Below, piece by piece: positions 27,101 through 39,482 of a DNA stretch of 64,000 nucleotides. The translations under genes were made by a program, and so were the position numbers. The notes beneath the pieces are model-generated. The model made no database searches. It saw only the letters and a program-made list of their open reading frames with translations, and was not told the origin of the DNA. This DNA comes from Owenia fusiformis (taxonomy: Eukaryota): positions 30,752,001 to 30,816,000 of the forward strand of contig CAIIXF020000001.1 in assembly GCA_903813345.2 (NCBI GenBank), in the 5' to 3' direction. The first letter of the stretch is position 1. Each line of letters opens with the position of its first letter.

Positions 27101-30100
27101 ATGACACATATAACAATGGAGATGCTGATATATGACGCATATAACAATGGAGATGCTGATAGATGACGCATATAACAATGGTGATGCTGATACATGACAC
27201 ATATAACAATGGTGATGCTGATACATGACACATATAACAATGGAGATGCTGATATATGACGCATATAACAATGGTGATGCTGATACATGACACATATAAC
27301 AATGGTGATGCTGATACATGACACATATAACAATGGTGATGCTGATACATGACACATATAACAATGGAGATGCTGATAGATGACGCATATAACAATGGTG
27401 ATGCTGATACATGACACATATAACAATGGTGATGCTGATACATGACACATATAACAATGGAGATGCTGATAGATGACGCATGTAACAATGGTGATGCTGA
27501 TACATGACGCATATAACAATGGTTATGCTGATACATGACACATATAACAATGGAGATGCTGATATATGACGCATATAACAATGGTGATGCTGATACATGA
27601 CACATATAACAATGGTGATGCTGATACATGACACATATAACAATGGAGATGCTGATAGATGACGCATGTAACAATGGTGATGCTGATACATGACGCATAT
27701 AACAATGGAGATGCAGATACATGACTCATATAACATTAAGAATGCTGTTATATGACACATATAACAATGGAGATGCAGATACATGACACATATAACAATG
27801 GTGATGCAGATACATGACACATTTAACAATGGAGATGCAGATACATGACACATATAACATTAAGAATGCTGTTATATGACACATATAACAATGGAGATGC
27901 AGATACATGACACATATAACAATGGTGATGCAGATACATGACACATTTAACAATGGAGATACAGATACATGACACATATAACAATGGAAATGCTAATATA
28001 TGACATATATAGCAATGGAGATGCAGATACATGACACATTTAACAATGGAGATGCTGATATACAGGGTGATCACTAAGTTCTGGGAATTTATCTGTCATT
28101 TCATTATTTTTCAACCAATCTACTTGAAATTTTCAAGGTAAATGGAGAATATAGTTTTGGGTTGGATAAAACAGTTTCATTGTCATATGATGTCACAATG
28201 GATAATTATTGTTACTATAGCAACATGACAAATGACGTAGCGGGTCAAGAAAAACTTGAATTCATCCTATTTGGTAGAGAAATTTCTGTGATTTTTTATG
28301 TTTTCAAATATTTCTAAGTTTAGTTTTTAAACTAACATCTGTATTGTGATATAAGAGTCCACTTTGCTCAATTTTCCTATCATTGGTCAGACTCTCAAAG
28401 TCACAATCATGACTCAAAATAGCGGGGAGTTATCTTCCATTGTGACTATGCTTCTTCCCATTCCTCAAATTGCCCATACTAGTCTTGAAGAATTAAGCTT
28501 CACACAAGTTGTTCACGCCCCATATTCACCATATAATGTTCACCAGATGAACCACCATTAAGTTCACTAAATTTGACTGTTGAAGCTTCATATAGAGATC
28601 ATCATTAGTTTGGTTCCAATGAGGGACTGATCTCAACAGCTTGAGCAAATTTTAAAGGGATACCAAGGGAGGACTGGAAAGCAACGTTATGGACTACAGT
28701 AGGTTTGACAACAATACATAGGCATTCAGGCCTATGGAAATCATTATAAATGAAATGATCCTTCCAGCAATGAAGAATACTTCTGAATAAATGACTTCAA
28801 GAGTACTGTTCTGCCTCTAGTACAATAAGTTTGAACCAACGATCTAGGCAAGATGAATATGTTTTAGCAGGATATTTTTCAAATTAACGTCAGTCAAAAT
28901 TTGCTGACCCGCTGACCACTTTTACTTTTTTTATAATTGCAATAAAATAAATTGTAAAAGTGATATGTGTATGAAACATTGTCTGTCAATTCAGAATTAT
29001 ACAATGTACATTTGCTAGAAGTTTCAACTGAATTGGTTGAAAAATATTGAAATGACAGACCGATTCCCAGAACTTAGTGATCACCCTGTATAACACATAA
29101 AACAATGGAGATGCAGATACATGACACATAAAACAATGGAGATGCGGATATATGACACATAAAACAATTGAGATGCAGATACATGACACATATAACAATG
29201 GAGATACTGATATATGACACATATAGCAATGGAGATACTGACACATGACACATATAACAATGGAGATGCTGATATAACACATATAACAATGGTGATGCTG
29301 ATACATGACACATAAAACAATTGAGATGCTGATATATGACACATAGAACAATGGAGAAGCAGATGAATGACACATTTAACAATGGAGATGGTGATACATG
29401 ACACATTTAACAATGGAGATCCTGATACATGACACATATAACAATGGAGATATTGGTATATGACACATATAACAATGGAGATGCTGATTTATGACACATA
29501 TTACAATGGAGATGCTGATACATGACACATATAACAATGGAGATGCTGATATATAACACATAAAACAATTGAGATGCTGATATATGACACATATAACAAT
29601 GGAGATACTGATACATGACACATATAACAATGGTGATGCTGATACATGACACATATAACAATGGATATCCTGATACATGACACACACAACAATGGAGATG
29701 TGGACACATGATTGACACATATAGCAATCAGCTGATACATGATGCTGTTACACGATAAAATGAGATTAATACCTGATATTGTTTTTCATCATTGCTGAGG
29801 GTCCACACATCATTGTTTATGGACAATGCAACTAATACCCCTTTCGTGACCTATAGGAAAGCAGAGTTACATTTCAGTATACTGGAAAATGTATTCATTA
29901 TGCTCATGCATGTGATAATCATCAATATAGTGATAATTCCCAGAAAAATTATATAAAAATTATATAACTTACACTATTGGAGGCATTAAAAAAATTCATT
30001 TTGAAAAACTGGTTAGTAAGTAAGCAGTATGAGAATTGTAAGATGAGCTTGTCTCACAGACATTTTAAGGTAAATGTCACTCATTCTGTGAGAATTTCTT

Positions 30101-33100
30101 TTCAAGCTTCGATATTCACAGAAAGAAAGTCTAACTAGATAATGGCAACTCCGCGGAGTAGCAAATCCCAACGAACAAAATATCAATTACCGATTTCCAA
30201 TCAATTATACTCATTACTTTGGTTAAAATTGAAAAAGGACGATTCTCGGTTTGGAGAACAGTCTCCTGGGCTAATAATTTTTTAATGAAAAATATAGAAA
30301 TATTACCCAAATTAAACTATAAATATTCAAAAGAGGACATTTAAATCTACAAGATGTAAAATTTACAAATTGGTCTGAAGCAGGGATAAAGTTCAATTTG
30401 ACCGATTCAATAAAATACAAGTCTCGATTTGGGGAAAAAAGTTTATCAGTGTACTGTGCTAATATTTTTTCACGAAAAATCTAGAAATATTACCCAAATT
30501 AGATTATGACTGTTCAAAGGTAGACATTCAAATCTACATTATGTAAAAAAATCAAATTTGTCCGAAGCAGGGATAATGCTCATTTAGATTGATGAACTTC
30601 GTTCTCCAAACCGAGAATCGTCCTTTAGATTTTAGAATTGGTAATTCATGCAAAGCAGCCATTTTGAATTCGCTGAGGTACAAATCTGAAAAATAATACC
30701 ATAATTATGATCTACTCAAAAATTCCTTTGAGTATTATATAGCCATACGTTGAAGGGATCGAAAAATTATTGCGAAATTGTACATTAGACAGCCATTTTG
30801 AATTTTACGAGGCTCGAATCAGAAAAAAGATACAATATTTGCAATCTACTCTTAATTGCCTTTCATTTGAGTATAATAAAGCTATACTTCAGAAAGATCT
30901 AAAAATTAGCGAAAATTTCTGTTTTCCTGACCCCCCATACACGGCCCCTGGGGGTCAGGATGAAAAACACAGAATATATGTGAAAAAGATAGATGTTGCG
31001 AATATATTACCAAAATTTCAAACAATAATATTAATTACTTTGGTTTAGAATGAAAAATTTATGATTTTTGCGAAAAAGCCCCGTCATTTTTAAAGCGGCG
31101 GCCATCTTGAAAAAATCCATTTTGAATTTTCTGAGGTACAAATCTGAAAAATAATACCATAATTGTTATCTACATCAAAATTCCTTCAATTTGAGTATTA
31201 TATAGCCATACTTTGAAGGGATCGAAAAATTATTGCGAAATCGTACATTAGACGGCCATTTTGAATTTTACGAGGCTCGAATCAGAAAAAAGATACAATA
31301 TTTGCAATCTACTCTTAATTGCCTTTCATTTGAGTATAATAAAGCTATACTTCAGAAGATCTAAAAATTAGCGAAAATTTCTGTTTTCCTGACCCCCCAT
31401 ACACGGCCCCTGGGGGTCGGGATGAAAAACACAGAATATATGTGAAATAGATAGATGTTGCGAATATACTACCAAAATTTGAAACAATAATATTAATTAC
31501 TTTGGTTTAGAATGAAAAATTTATGATTTTTGCGAAAAAGTCCCGTCATTTTTAAAGCGGCGGCCATCTTGAAAAAACGGACGGACGGACGGATGGACGG
31601 ACGGACTGACGGACTGACTGACTGACGGACTGACGGACGGACGGAGGGCTTCACTATATCCCTACCGAACTTCGTTCGTTGGGATAACAACTAGGCATTG
31701 CAGATCATAAAGAATCAGAGTTACAGAGGTTAAGCCACTTGAATAAAGTAAAACTAACTAGACATGTAAATTGAACAAGTTCAATTTAAGACTCCAGATT
31801 TCAAACTTTTTTCAAGCTGAGTCATCCAATTACTTGTAAGCTGAGTCATTCAGAATAAGCTGAGTCAGCTAGAATATAGACATTTAGACAACTCTTAAGA
31901 ATGTTATCTTTGACTCCACTGGCTTAAGATGGGGATATCATCATATCGACGTTTCGAGACTTCAAACCGCTATAACTATCTAACCAGAAGTTGGATCGAA
32001 ATTTGATTTAAAGATTCTGATTCCTGAGGAAATTGTACCCTTAATTAATAACTCATACGTTAAATTTGGAGAACTTTTAATTTTGACCTACTTTTCGGAC
32101 ACCATATCTCAAAAGTGGGTCAAAATACTTTCTGACGGCAAAAGGTTAACACTATAAGCACACTTTTTGCTACCTGTATACAAAATTTCGAAGCAAATCA
32201 TCAAAGTGTAATGTCAGAATCGCAAAAATAAGGAAAAACTATGAATTTGACCTAGATTTTGACCTAGGCATTTTGGTGTCCAAATTTTAAAACTAGATAG
32301 CCTTCGAGGTCCATTCCTTTTATAGGTTTTCAGAATGTTAAGCTGTTCTCAGTCCATATTTGGTATTTTACACTTCAAAAAATTCTTTTTTCTCATTGAC
32401 ATAACATGGGGCACCAAATTTAGCGATTTTTGAGCTTTCAAAACACCATAACATTCCAACCGAGAGTCGGATTGAAATTTGGTTTGCAGATTCGGATTTC
32501 TGAGAAAATTCTACCCTAAATTCATAACTCATACGTTAAATTTGGAGAAGTTTTCATTTTGACCTACTTTTTGGACACCGTATCTCAAAAGTGGGTCAAA
32601 ATACTTTCTGACGGCAAAAGGCTAACACTATTAGCACACTCTTTGCTACCTGTATACAAAATTTGGAAATGTAGTGTCAGAATCACAAAAATAAGGAAAA
32701 AACTATGAATTTGACCTAGATTTTGACCTGGGCATTTTGCTGTCCAGATTTTGAAGCTAGTTGGCTTTTGAGGTCCCCTTCTTTTAAAGGCTTTCATTAT
32801 ATTAAGCTGTACTCAGTCTATATCTCGTATATTACTCTTCAAAAAAATCTTTTTTCCCATTGACTTAACATGGGGCACAAATTTGGCGATTTTTGAGCTT
32901 TCAAAACGCCATAACTTCCCAACCGGAAGTCGGATTGAAATTTGGTTTGCAGATTCAGATTCCTGAGAAAATTCTACACTTATTTCATAACTCACATGTT
33001 GAATTTGGAGAACTTGCTGTTCTGACCTACTTTTTGGCCGCCATATCTCAAAATCAGTAAGAGCATGGGCTTTCAACTAGAAGGGTAGGCAACTTCCCAT

Positions 33101-35333
33101 ATTTCATACATAAACATTGCCATGGGTTTTCAAAATTGGAGAATGTACACATTCCAAGAAAATCTTATTTTGTACTTTTTATTGATGATTAAAAGAAATA
33201 ACTCAAAAATAAAAACATGATCTTCTACATACATCTTGATAATTTAATAAAATTTGGAATTCATCATAATTATGACAATACAGGAAGTGAACATTCTCCC
33301 ACAAATTTTGTTTTTATTGGAATGTGTTCTTGAATAATTACCCACAATGCAATACTCAAAGAGAACATCTTGATAACTCTTATTCTTATTGGTCTCTATT
33401 GTTTACTTTTATATGATATTGAATATATTTTATGCTTAAATCATATTAAAAATTGATTTTTATTCAAAATAATACTAAAACATATACATTTATCTAATAC
33501 TTTTTGAAATATTGCCATAAAAGGGAAGCATGTCATTGTTCATTTTGAAGGTCTCATGTTATTACATAGAGTTACATACCCTTCTAGTTGAAAGCCCATG
33601 GTAAGAGTAATCAAAAAAAGACAGAGACAGTTATGAACTACTGAACTGAACTACTCTACTGAACATTTCTCTGCGCATTGAGTTCCCACATCGCAAACCA
33701 CTCAGCTGTGTTGAAGCTGAGACTAACATACCTGAAATGACCATTATGTTAGTCACAGATAAAAGGAATGTGGTCAGCGAGTCGAACCACATGAGTCGAA
33801 GTCTAGGCGGCCTGTTGTTGACTGTAAACCTTGAAACTAAAACAGTAGTTTCATAATTTACAGTCTCAGTGTAAAATTTTGCCAGTTGAACTCTGGAGAG
33901 GTCAACAATTATATAATACTGTACCTCAGCCAAGGGACTATCAAACTTGAGGAAATCTACATGTGTCTCATTGTCTATAAGAGTTGAGTTCCTTTCTCCG
34001 ACTTTTGTGATATTGACATCTGAAAAATAATGCATTTATTAAACATTACAAGTAAATAATCATGGATGTATATTGAAACTTTGTGATCAGATTCAATTTG
34101 GAGCTAATTTTTTAAAATCAAAATAATGTGTGATTTGCTTGACATTGATCTGTTGAAAGCCCATGATCAAGCACTCAAAAATTGACGATTTCAATTTTTC
34201 CAGCAAAGAAATGCATAACAAACAAACATGCATACTGTAGTCTAATGTGCGAGGGTTGACAGGGCAGCCATATCATGGGGAGTAAATCATGCCTACCTCT
34301 TAATTTTATATCCTCTTGATCTAGCCTGTTAAATTATATATCTGCTTCATATGGGCTTATTAGCCTTTTGCAGATTATTGACATAGACATAGACATGTAG
34401 AGTTATCCCGTACCAGGACTATAGTCCTGCAGTGAGAGCATTGTTTTGCCTGTACGATTACAATTTGGGAGAATTATCTACGCCCCTTACACTTAAGAAA
34501 CCTACTTCAATTGATTCCTGGGTATTTTACCATTCTTTTCGTGTAGTTGAATCCACAATTGTCTGGGTATATCGGCAGAACGGGAACATTGTTCTTTTTC
34601 ATCGACAGATAATCCATCACTTTCCAAGATGGCGGTTGGATCTAAAAGGGGATTCCCCGTTTGACTGACCCGGATGTGACCCGGAAGCACCAAAAATGGA
34701 GGAATTTGACGGTTGAAATAAGTTAAATATTACACGCAAATATTGTGATTAAAAACGAAAATTTCTTTGTTCTGCCGATAAACCCAGACAATTGTGGATT
34801 CAACTACAAGAAAAGAATGCTAAAATACCAAGGAATCTATTGAAATAGGTATCTTAAGAGTAAGAAGCGTAGAAAATGCTCCCATGTTGTAATCGTACAG
34901 GCAAAACAATGCTCTCACTGCAGGACTATAGTCCTGGCACGGGATAAATGTAGAGAATATTAGGGGGGGGGCTGACTTACTACCCGTGAGTGGAGACCAT
35001 CATAAACTTTTGGGATGTTATTAGCACCTATGGTTCGGGAAAAACTAATATTTTACCATTAATAGTTTTGGAGTCGTGAGCTGCTGATGTTGATGCAGTT
35101 TCATCTGGTTGATGAAGTTGATCTTCAACTTTTTGAGATGGATTCTCCTCTTCACCCTCTTTTTCAAAGCTTTTTATGGAATCTGCTTGGTCAATCTCTA
35201 CTTCTTTAGAAGCCTGAGTATCGTTTGCTACGACCTGCGTATTGTCTTCATTATCAGAATCACTTGAAGTAATGTTTTTCTCCTTGCAGTTTTTTTCATG
35301 CGGAACATAAATCAAGAAAAGTACTGCGGCCAT
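15152..35333 (-). CDS. DUF389 / TIGR00341-like multi-pass membrane protein, 16 coding exons, ~824 aa
   Basis: Exons 35333-35057, 34019-33925, 29850-29773, 26431-26334, 25817-25667, 25311-25244, 23833-23652, 23395-23302, 19347-19203, 19017-18964, 18122-17886, 17539-17474, 17205-17128, 16578-16489, 16306-16250, 15856-15152 (2475 nt, phases consistent). Motifs KSRLTVKQVV..TFDY, IAALGL..SSVVLVASMLISPLMGPI, WPTNEMKSRG, LVGVAISASLLPPVVN. Confidence 0.85.
16625..16760. repeat. ~135-bp intronic hairpin
   Basis: TGTATCTTGGAGCAATCTAATTAAGAGAA inverted with TTCTCTTAATTAGATTGCTCCAAGATACA. Confidence 0.75.
18301..18917. repeat. 44-bp minisatellite, ~14 copies, intronic
   Basis: Unit ATAATACAATGCACATTAATTATCTGGAGATGATCATGTCATGT; CTGGAG at 18335, 18379 and so on to ~18907. 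Confidence 0.95.
19381..22438. mobile_element. Nested stack of non-autonomous elements in a DUF389 intron
   Basis: Outer hairpin element (hairpin ~19385-19537; TTTATTTCATAG inverted with terminal CTATGGAATAAA); TIR element GAGGCCTCATTATCCGGTC...GACCGGATAATGAGGCCTC 19680-22293; inner hairpin elements ~20381-20742 and ~21129-21684. Confidence 0.65.
22670..23228 (-). mobile_element. Hairpin-type non-autonomous element; related fragment ~33810-33915
   Basis: Hairpin ~23047-23226 (ACAATTGTAGACCTCTCCA...TGGAGAGGTCAACAATTGT); TTTACAGTCTC.GTGTA.AATTTTGCC.GTTGA.CTCTGGAGA shared with 33855-33912. Confidence 0.55.
23886..24930 (-). mobile_element. HINE-like element, family A copy 2
   Basis: Same termini, subTIR and (GGAC)n tract as 2153-3105, with most of one additional internal subrepeat. 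Confidence 0.8.
26649..29745. repeat. 31-bp minisatellite array split by a mariner-derived insertion
   Basis: Unit ATAACAATGG(T/A)GATGCTGATACATGACACAT; ~45 copies at 26649-28062 and ~21 more divergent copies at 29089-29745. Confidence 0.95.
28063..29088 (+). mobile_element. Internally deleted Tc1/mariner element with degraded transposase C-terminus
   Basis: TA|CAGGGTGATCACTAAGTTCTGGGAAT...ATTCCCAGAACTTAGTGATCACCCTG|TA; frameshifted peptides GVIFHCDYASSHSS, LEELSFTQVVHAPYSP and IQAYGNHYK* resemble mariner HDNA..H, HPPYSPDL and C-terminal motifs. Confidence 0.8.
30133..31687 (-). mobile_element. HINE-like element, family B, with ~458-bp internal tandem duplication
   Basis: subTIR ATCCCAACGAAC/GTTCGTTGGGAT; (GGAC/GACT)n ~31578-31645; minus-strand 3' end hairpin GCTACTCCGCGGAGTTGC then CTAGTT; duplicated block at 30659 and 31117. 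Confidence 0.75.
31756..33056 (-). mobile_element. Helitron/Helentron-like fragment with ~470-bp tandem units
   Basis: Minus-strand end AAATTGAACTTGTTCAATTT hairpin then CTAGTT; ATAACTCATACGTTAAATTTGGAGAA at 32048, 32525 and a variant at ~32988. Confidence 0.55.
33064..33600. mobile_element. P-element-like MITE
   Basis: GTAAGAG|CATGGGCTTTCAACTAGAAGGGTA...TACCCTTCTAGTTGAAAGCCCATG|GTAAGAG (7-bp TSD, CAT termini); orphan ends at ~22508 and ~34155. Confidence 0.8.
34403..34947. mobile_element. Palindromic MITE with 8-bp TSD
   Basis: ATGTAGAG|TTATCCCGTACCAGGACTATAGTCCTGCAG...CTGCAGGACTATAGTCCTGGCACGGGATAA|ATGTAGAG; ~190-bp arms. Confidence 0.85.
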
Positions 35334-35367
35334 ATTGGTATTTCCCAGATTTTAGGTCACATGACTA

Positions 35368-35955
35368 GGGTGTTACTAAATACCACCTAGGTGTCCCCTT
35401 GAGCAACTGGATTTCTAATTCCATTTTAAACCACGTACACATTTTAAATATAGTATTATTTCCTTTGTCATACTAACTTGACATTAAATAGGCTTGAAAT
35501 ATTAATTTGTAGTCGAGAATATTGCAAAGAAGATTCGAAAATAAAATAGTTTTATTGTTAGAAAAATGGGCACCTGGAATTTTGCTCATGTAACTTATGG
35601 TCATTTATTTGTAGTAATAAAACACTGTTTATGCTAAAGTGTACACTTACATTTAAAATATATACATTGGTCTCACTTTAGTTGCTAAAATAGTAGCATT
35701 TGTACCATTTTATTGTGAGCAAATAATGAAATATTATCCTAACAAATGACTTTTGACATTGATCAAAAATTTCAAGACAATTAAAAATATCATAACCAAA
35801 CAGAAATAGTTACACAAGTTCCATGATACTTTATATTGTACTATATTAACACTTGGAAAAATGTTAGTTTAAAATAAAGTAGTAAAATATGCCAATAAGG
35901 CATTTCAATGGGGACACCTAGGTGTGGGGCACCTAGGTGGCATTTAGTACAACCC
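35368..35955. mobile_element. MITE with GGG termini and 8-bp TSD
   Basis: CATGACTA|GGGTGTTACTAAATACCACCTAGGTG...CACCTAGGTGGCATTTAGTACAACCC|CATGACTA. Confidence 0.75.
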
Positions 35956-35967
35956 CATGACTAGGGT

Positions 35968-36389
35968 CGAACTCCCATGCAGTGATATATCACTGCGGCG
36001 GGCAGGTATCTCACCGTAAGCATGGTAACATCGTAATAAACAACTGACGTGATTGGTTCTAGTCCCATGCTCAGGTCGCGTGTTTGTAAAATTTAGACAA
36101 TTTCATTGGTTGAATTGCGCGTATTAACTAATAAACAACACGTGCGGTAAATTTTATCAACACAACTTTTACTCAGAATTCCTTCCGCGAAGATTTCTTC
36201 TTATATTTCATTGATTTTGGAATATTTTGACAAAATAATTATTGGTGAACATAAAAGAACATATATTTTATAAGTTGTGTGAAAAACAAGTACATCTGTG
36301 ACAAAAAGGGGGACTATCTTCCCCAAATTTTGGGGATTCCATAATCTGCCCGCCGCAGTGTCTATACCGAGACACTGCATAGGAGTTCG
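35968..36389. mobile_element. MITE with 9-bp TSD (Mutator-like length)
   Basis: GACTAGGGT|CGAACTCCCATGCAGTG...CACTGCATAGGAGTTCG|GACTAGGGT; inner IR CACTGCGGCGGGCAG/CTGCCCGCCGCAGTG. Confidence 0.8.
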
Positions 36390-36961
36390 GACTAGGGTTA
36401 ATTTGACTTACTTCCGGGTTTCAATTTGCAAAATGAAATTTTCATAAATTTATAAACACTGTCAATAGAATGAGATTCGAAGGATCATATTTGATCTTTA
36501 GTGTATTATACTATGGTGTTCTATGGAATCGATCGGGAGCAGTGATTTGAAACACTTGGATCATTGAATGAACAACGTTCAAGTCTTCAAAATCAGATTG
36601 AACATGAAAATTACTCAACAACATTGTTGTGGGACATTGTTGAATACATGTATTACTAAATTAGGCTATAATACAAAGTCAAGTACTTTCAAAAACATAT
36701 TATTTTCTTTTTAAAGATTTTCATTTAATTCACAAGAAAACTGTGAGTATACATATAATTTATCACCCAGTGGCAACAGTGGCTTAGTATCTGGAAGGAG
36801 CGAGGAGCCAAAAACCCGTAAAGGACCAAAAAGGAATTGATATAATAATGATGAATGTTGATACAACGATGAATGAGAATTGATAATATTTAATTTAAGG
36901 CGAATGTTCTGTCAAGAACATGTAGCACTCCAATTTCTAAGTTAATAGTTTATTATACAAA

Positions 36962-39119
36962 ATGAAAGCAAGTAGCAAATATTGTGGACAATGTTTATCA
37001 TCTCGGTGCTGCAGTCGTAGAGTGCGTTTTCAAGCTCTTATTATTTTTATGCTTCTCATTACTATTATTTACTACTTTACCACAGATTCTCACGATATTC
37101 CAATTCATGAAAAGGTTAACTTTTTACCGACATCAGTATTTACAAGAATACATGTATACTCAACAGCAACAAATGTCACATCCGATATTCATAATTCGAA
37201 ATTAGCATCTAAATTGGTTCTGCTATGGTTTCCATTCTTTTCAAAGGAGCAACAATTATGGACATTACACAGGGGTTCACTAGATCACTGTCCTGTGAAA
37301 AACTGTGTATCTACATTTGACCGAAGTAGACTATTGGAAAGTGATGCTGTGGTTGTTCATATCACTCACCCACATATGGATCAACGATATCCCGTGTTGC
37401 CGCATACAAGGCATCCTCACCAACGTTGGGTACTGTTCACTATTGAGCCTCCACAACATATAATGACACACTTTTCGCTCTATAACAATCAGTTTAACTG
37501 GACTGCAACATTCCGCACTGATTCTGATATACCAGTTTATTATGGACATAAACAACAACACAATAAGACAAATGAAGAGTTCATTTATAAAAATCAAACA
37601 ATGTTAGAAAAGGAAAAACCACGTCTTGTTGCTTGGATATGCAGTAATTTTGTAGCACGTAGCAATCGGATGCGATTTGTTCGTGAATTACAGTGGCACA
37701 TTACAGTTGATGTATATGGTAGTGTCAGCTCACTCTTCAAACATAATGATCTTCCATGTGATAGGCACAGCCCAACATGTAATCAGCTCTTACATCAATA
37801 CAAATTCTACCTTGCACTTGAAAACAACAACTGTAGGGATTATATAACTGAGAAGTTCTGGTTAGCCTTGGAAAGAGGCCTCATTCCTGTAGTTATGGGA
37901 GGGGAATGGTACAAGAAGCAAGCACCACCATTCTCTTACATTGATATCCATACTTTCAGCTCAACAAAATCTCTCGCCCAATATCTGATTAAAGTAGCCA
38001 ATGATGTTGATTTGTTTAATAGTTATATGCTATGGCGCTACAGCTATAGGATCATTGACACTGACATCTACAGTGGAGTTCTTCGTCAATGGGGTTGTAA
38101 TCTATGTAAGGCACTTAACAACCCTGCCCTACCCGCCCAAGTCTACACTGATCTACCTGGATGGTATGCCGAAGATGAAAAAGGATGCAGCACCTACTCA
38201 GTGAGTGAATATTTATTTTCATTGAAGTGACACTTTTTAATTGGAAAGTACAATTGTACAAAATCTTTTTTTTAATGTAATATTTGGATATCACATTGGC
38301 ACTCATGTTATAACCTTTTTATTTGACTACTTCTGATTTTTGTGAGTCTCGGTAGTGTTAACTTTCTAGAAATTGTTGAAAGTTCATTCACACATAGCTA
38401 GGCAAGGGATGTGGTAATCCAGCCAATCTGAACACAGTATTTCACATAACAGCAATGCATGAAATAACCAATAACGCATTCGTTGTATGGCTGGTTGTGG
38501 TCATGATGAGAACTAAACTCACTGATTGGAGTTCATGCTTTGCCAATTTGACCCTTGCAAAAGTTTCATTGAAAATATCTTCTTTTGGTGATTTTATAGC
38601 CTTTAGTGACATGGAAGAAAATATTTTGCAATGTGTGAAAAGAATTTAAGCCCAAAACTTAATGCATTGTGGAATGACCATTTTTTCAGGTGCTGATTCA
38701 TAAAATTAACACTCGATGCGAAGGAAGGTGCAAATTTTGTAAAGCAATGCCTTCAAGGAATGGTCATTCCACATTGCACTGAGTCATGGACTTAAATCCT
38801 AACGAATGACATCAGTTAATTCAATGTTTTTTTTATCTCATGTCTGCATTTTTTCTGTTTCTCTCTGTGGATGTTTTTCAGAAAAAATGATTTATTATGT
38901 GGGATTATGACAAACAAAAATAACTGTTATAATTCAATTCAATTTCTTTTAGTCATTCACTTCATGATGTACAACAAGGTTAACTGGTACAATTTATTGA
39001 AAGTATTACTTTGTCTTAGTAACTGTAACTGTAATGGCACTTTTATTGCTTCTCATTTTCAGGTTTGGGAACGCCTGAAAAGAATTCTAAATATCTTATT
39101 TTTTCGACTGAGACTTTAG
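36962..39119 (+). CDS. Alpha-1,3-fucosyltransferase (GT10), type II membrane protein, ~431 aa
   Basis: Exon 36962-38200 (donor GTGAGT) plus probable last exon 39063-39119; N-terminal TM segment, QRWVLFTIEPP, FNWTATFRTDSDIPVYYG, YKFYLALENNNCRDYITEKFW motif. Confidence 0.92.
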
Positions 39120-39194
39120 ATCAACCAATCATCTGAACCTGATTGGACCCATCATGGTAAGCCACATCCTCTCCATCTCTATCCTTCTGCGATG

Positions 39195-39482
39195 CAATTG
39201 GAGCATAAGTGAGGAATTATCATCCAATTGGACCATAAGTGAGGAATTATCATCCAATTGGACCATAAGTGAGGAATTATCATCCAATTGGACCATAAGT
39301 GAGGAATTATCATCCAATTGGACCATAAGTGAGGAATTATCATCAAATTGAAGTATTGGACCATAAGTGAAGCATTATCATCCAATCGGACCATAAGTAA
39401 AGCATAATCATCCAATTGGACCATAAGTGAGGAATTATCATCACATTGGAGTATTGGACCATAAGTGAAGCATCATCATCCA
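39195..39482. repeat. 30-bp minisatellite just downstream of the fucosyltransferase stop
   Basis: Unit AATTGGACCATAAGTGAGGAATTATCATCC, ~9 copies. Confidence 0.9.

Noticed and set aside
26637..28074. Long Cys/His/Tyr-rich ORFs (361, 402, 280 aa) and similar ORFs at 28986-29740
   Set aside because: Translations of the 31-bp minisatellite, open in all three minus frames, lying inside a DUF389 intron.
26649..29745. CRISPR-like appearance of 30-44-bp repeats (also 18301-18917, 39195-39482)
   Set aside because: Head-to-tail units with no unique spacers, no cas genes, eukaryotic context.
34975..35056. Strong GTAAGT donor at ~34980 as end of DUF389 exon 1
   Set aside because: An in-frame TAG at 35030-35028 precedes it; the donor at 35056 gives the correct phase.
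39129..39424. Repetitive ORFs (MVQLDDNSSL)n / (WTISEELSSN)n
   Set aside because: Translation of the 30-bp minisatellite.
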